Assembly (NCBI RefSeq): GCF_021869535.1
Contig: NW_026262700.1
Location: 620,001 to 684,000 of the forward strand
Length of the DNA: 64,000 nucleotides
Origin: Mytilus californianus
Taxonomy: Eukaryota
Direction of reading: 5' to 3'
Below, in pieces: positions 63,545 through 64,000 of the stretch. A model generated the notes under the pieces. It saw only the letters and a program-made list of their open reading frames with translations, searched no databases and was not told the origin of the DNA. Positions within the stretch are counted from its first letter, which is position 1. Every line of letters begins with the position of its first letter. Position numbers and translations under genes: made by a program.

Positions 63545-63979
63545 GTCCCCAAGGGTGACTAGGAATAGAAATATGGTCACTTGGTCTTCTTCCGACCGGC
63601 ACTAAAACGCTTGCCAGAGTGGGGCGTTCGTTTGGCTGTGCGGGATGTATCAAGTTTGCAGCCACGTCCGATCAGAATGGGGACGTTAAATCCGATGCCT
63701 CGTGTAAAGAGAGTGCCACTCTCATTGCACGTTAAAAACCTTTGCAACAACTCGTTTAGGGGTCCGTAGGTGGCGCGTTGCAAACCTCAATTTCCGTCCC
63801 TATCCAATATACCCTCATTTTCCAGTGGCAGTCCAAATTTCCCCGACCATCATCCCGGATGGCCTCTATTAAAATACCTACGTGTTGTATTTATTGTTAA
63901 CTTGTTCTCGTCCAGAACGTGCATGAAATATTTGCCACTGGACGTTAAGCAACCAACAATCAATCAATCAATCAATCCG
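63545..63979 (+). mobile_element. SINE-like family copy, full length, older subfamily
   Basis: Head and tail present; TSD atgttcag at 63537-63544 and 63980-63987. Confidence 0.93.
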
Positions 63980-64000
63980 ATGTTCAGAAGAAGCATAAAG

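Overview
This is AT-rich eukaryotic DNA with GT-AG intron remnants. Its repeat families point to a bivalve, most likely a Mytilus mussel (inferred from recalled repeat sequences, not searched). I found no intact protein-coding gene. About 28 copies or fragments (about 20 full-length, roughly 10 kb) belong to one ~425-bp retroposed SINE-like family. That family has a CCCCAAGGGTGAC head, a Meta-domain-like core and a GGACGTTAAGCAACCAA(CAAT)n tail, and most full-length copies have 8-15 bp target-site duplications (TSDs). It lacks canonical Pol III A/B boxes, and its 5' end can fold as an H-type pseudoknot. The recurring 65-aa and ~90-110-aa ORFs in the track are simply this repeat. Also present: three hammerhead-ribozyme retrozyme copies (one with an intact core), two tRNA-derived V-SINEs (RUDI-like), a Helentron-associated HINE, satellites and minisatellites, and foldback structures. 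Decayed coding remnants include a LINE RT, Gypsy integrase, Crypton/DUF3504, Merlin, SWIM/MULE, KDZ-like, a PIN/H3TH nuclease and Tudor-like exons. Family names come from motif recall and need database confirmation.
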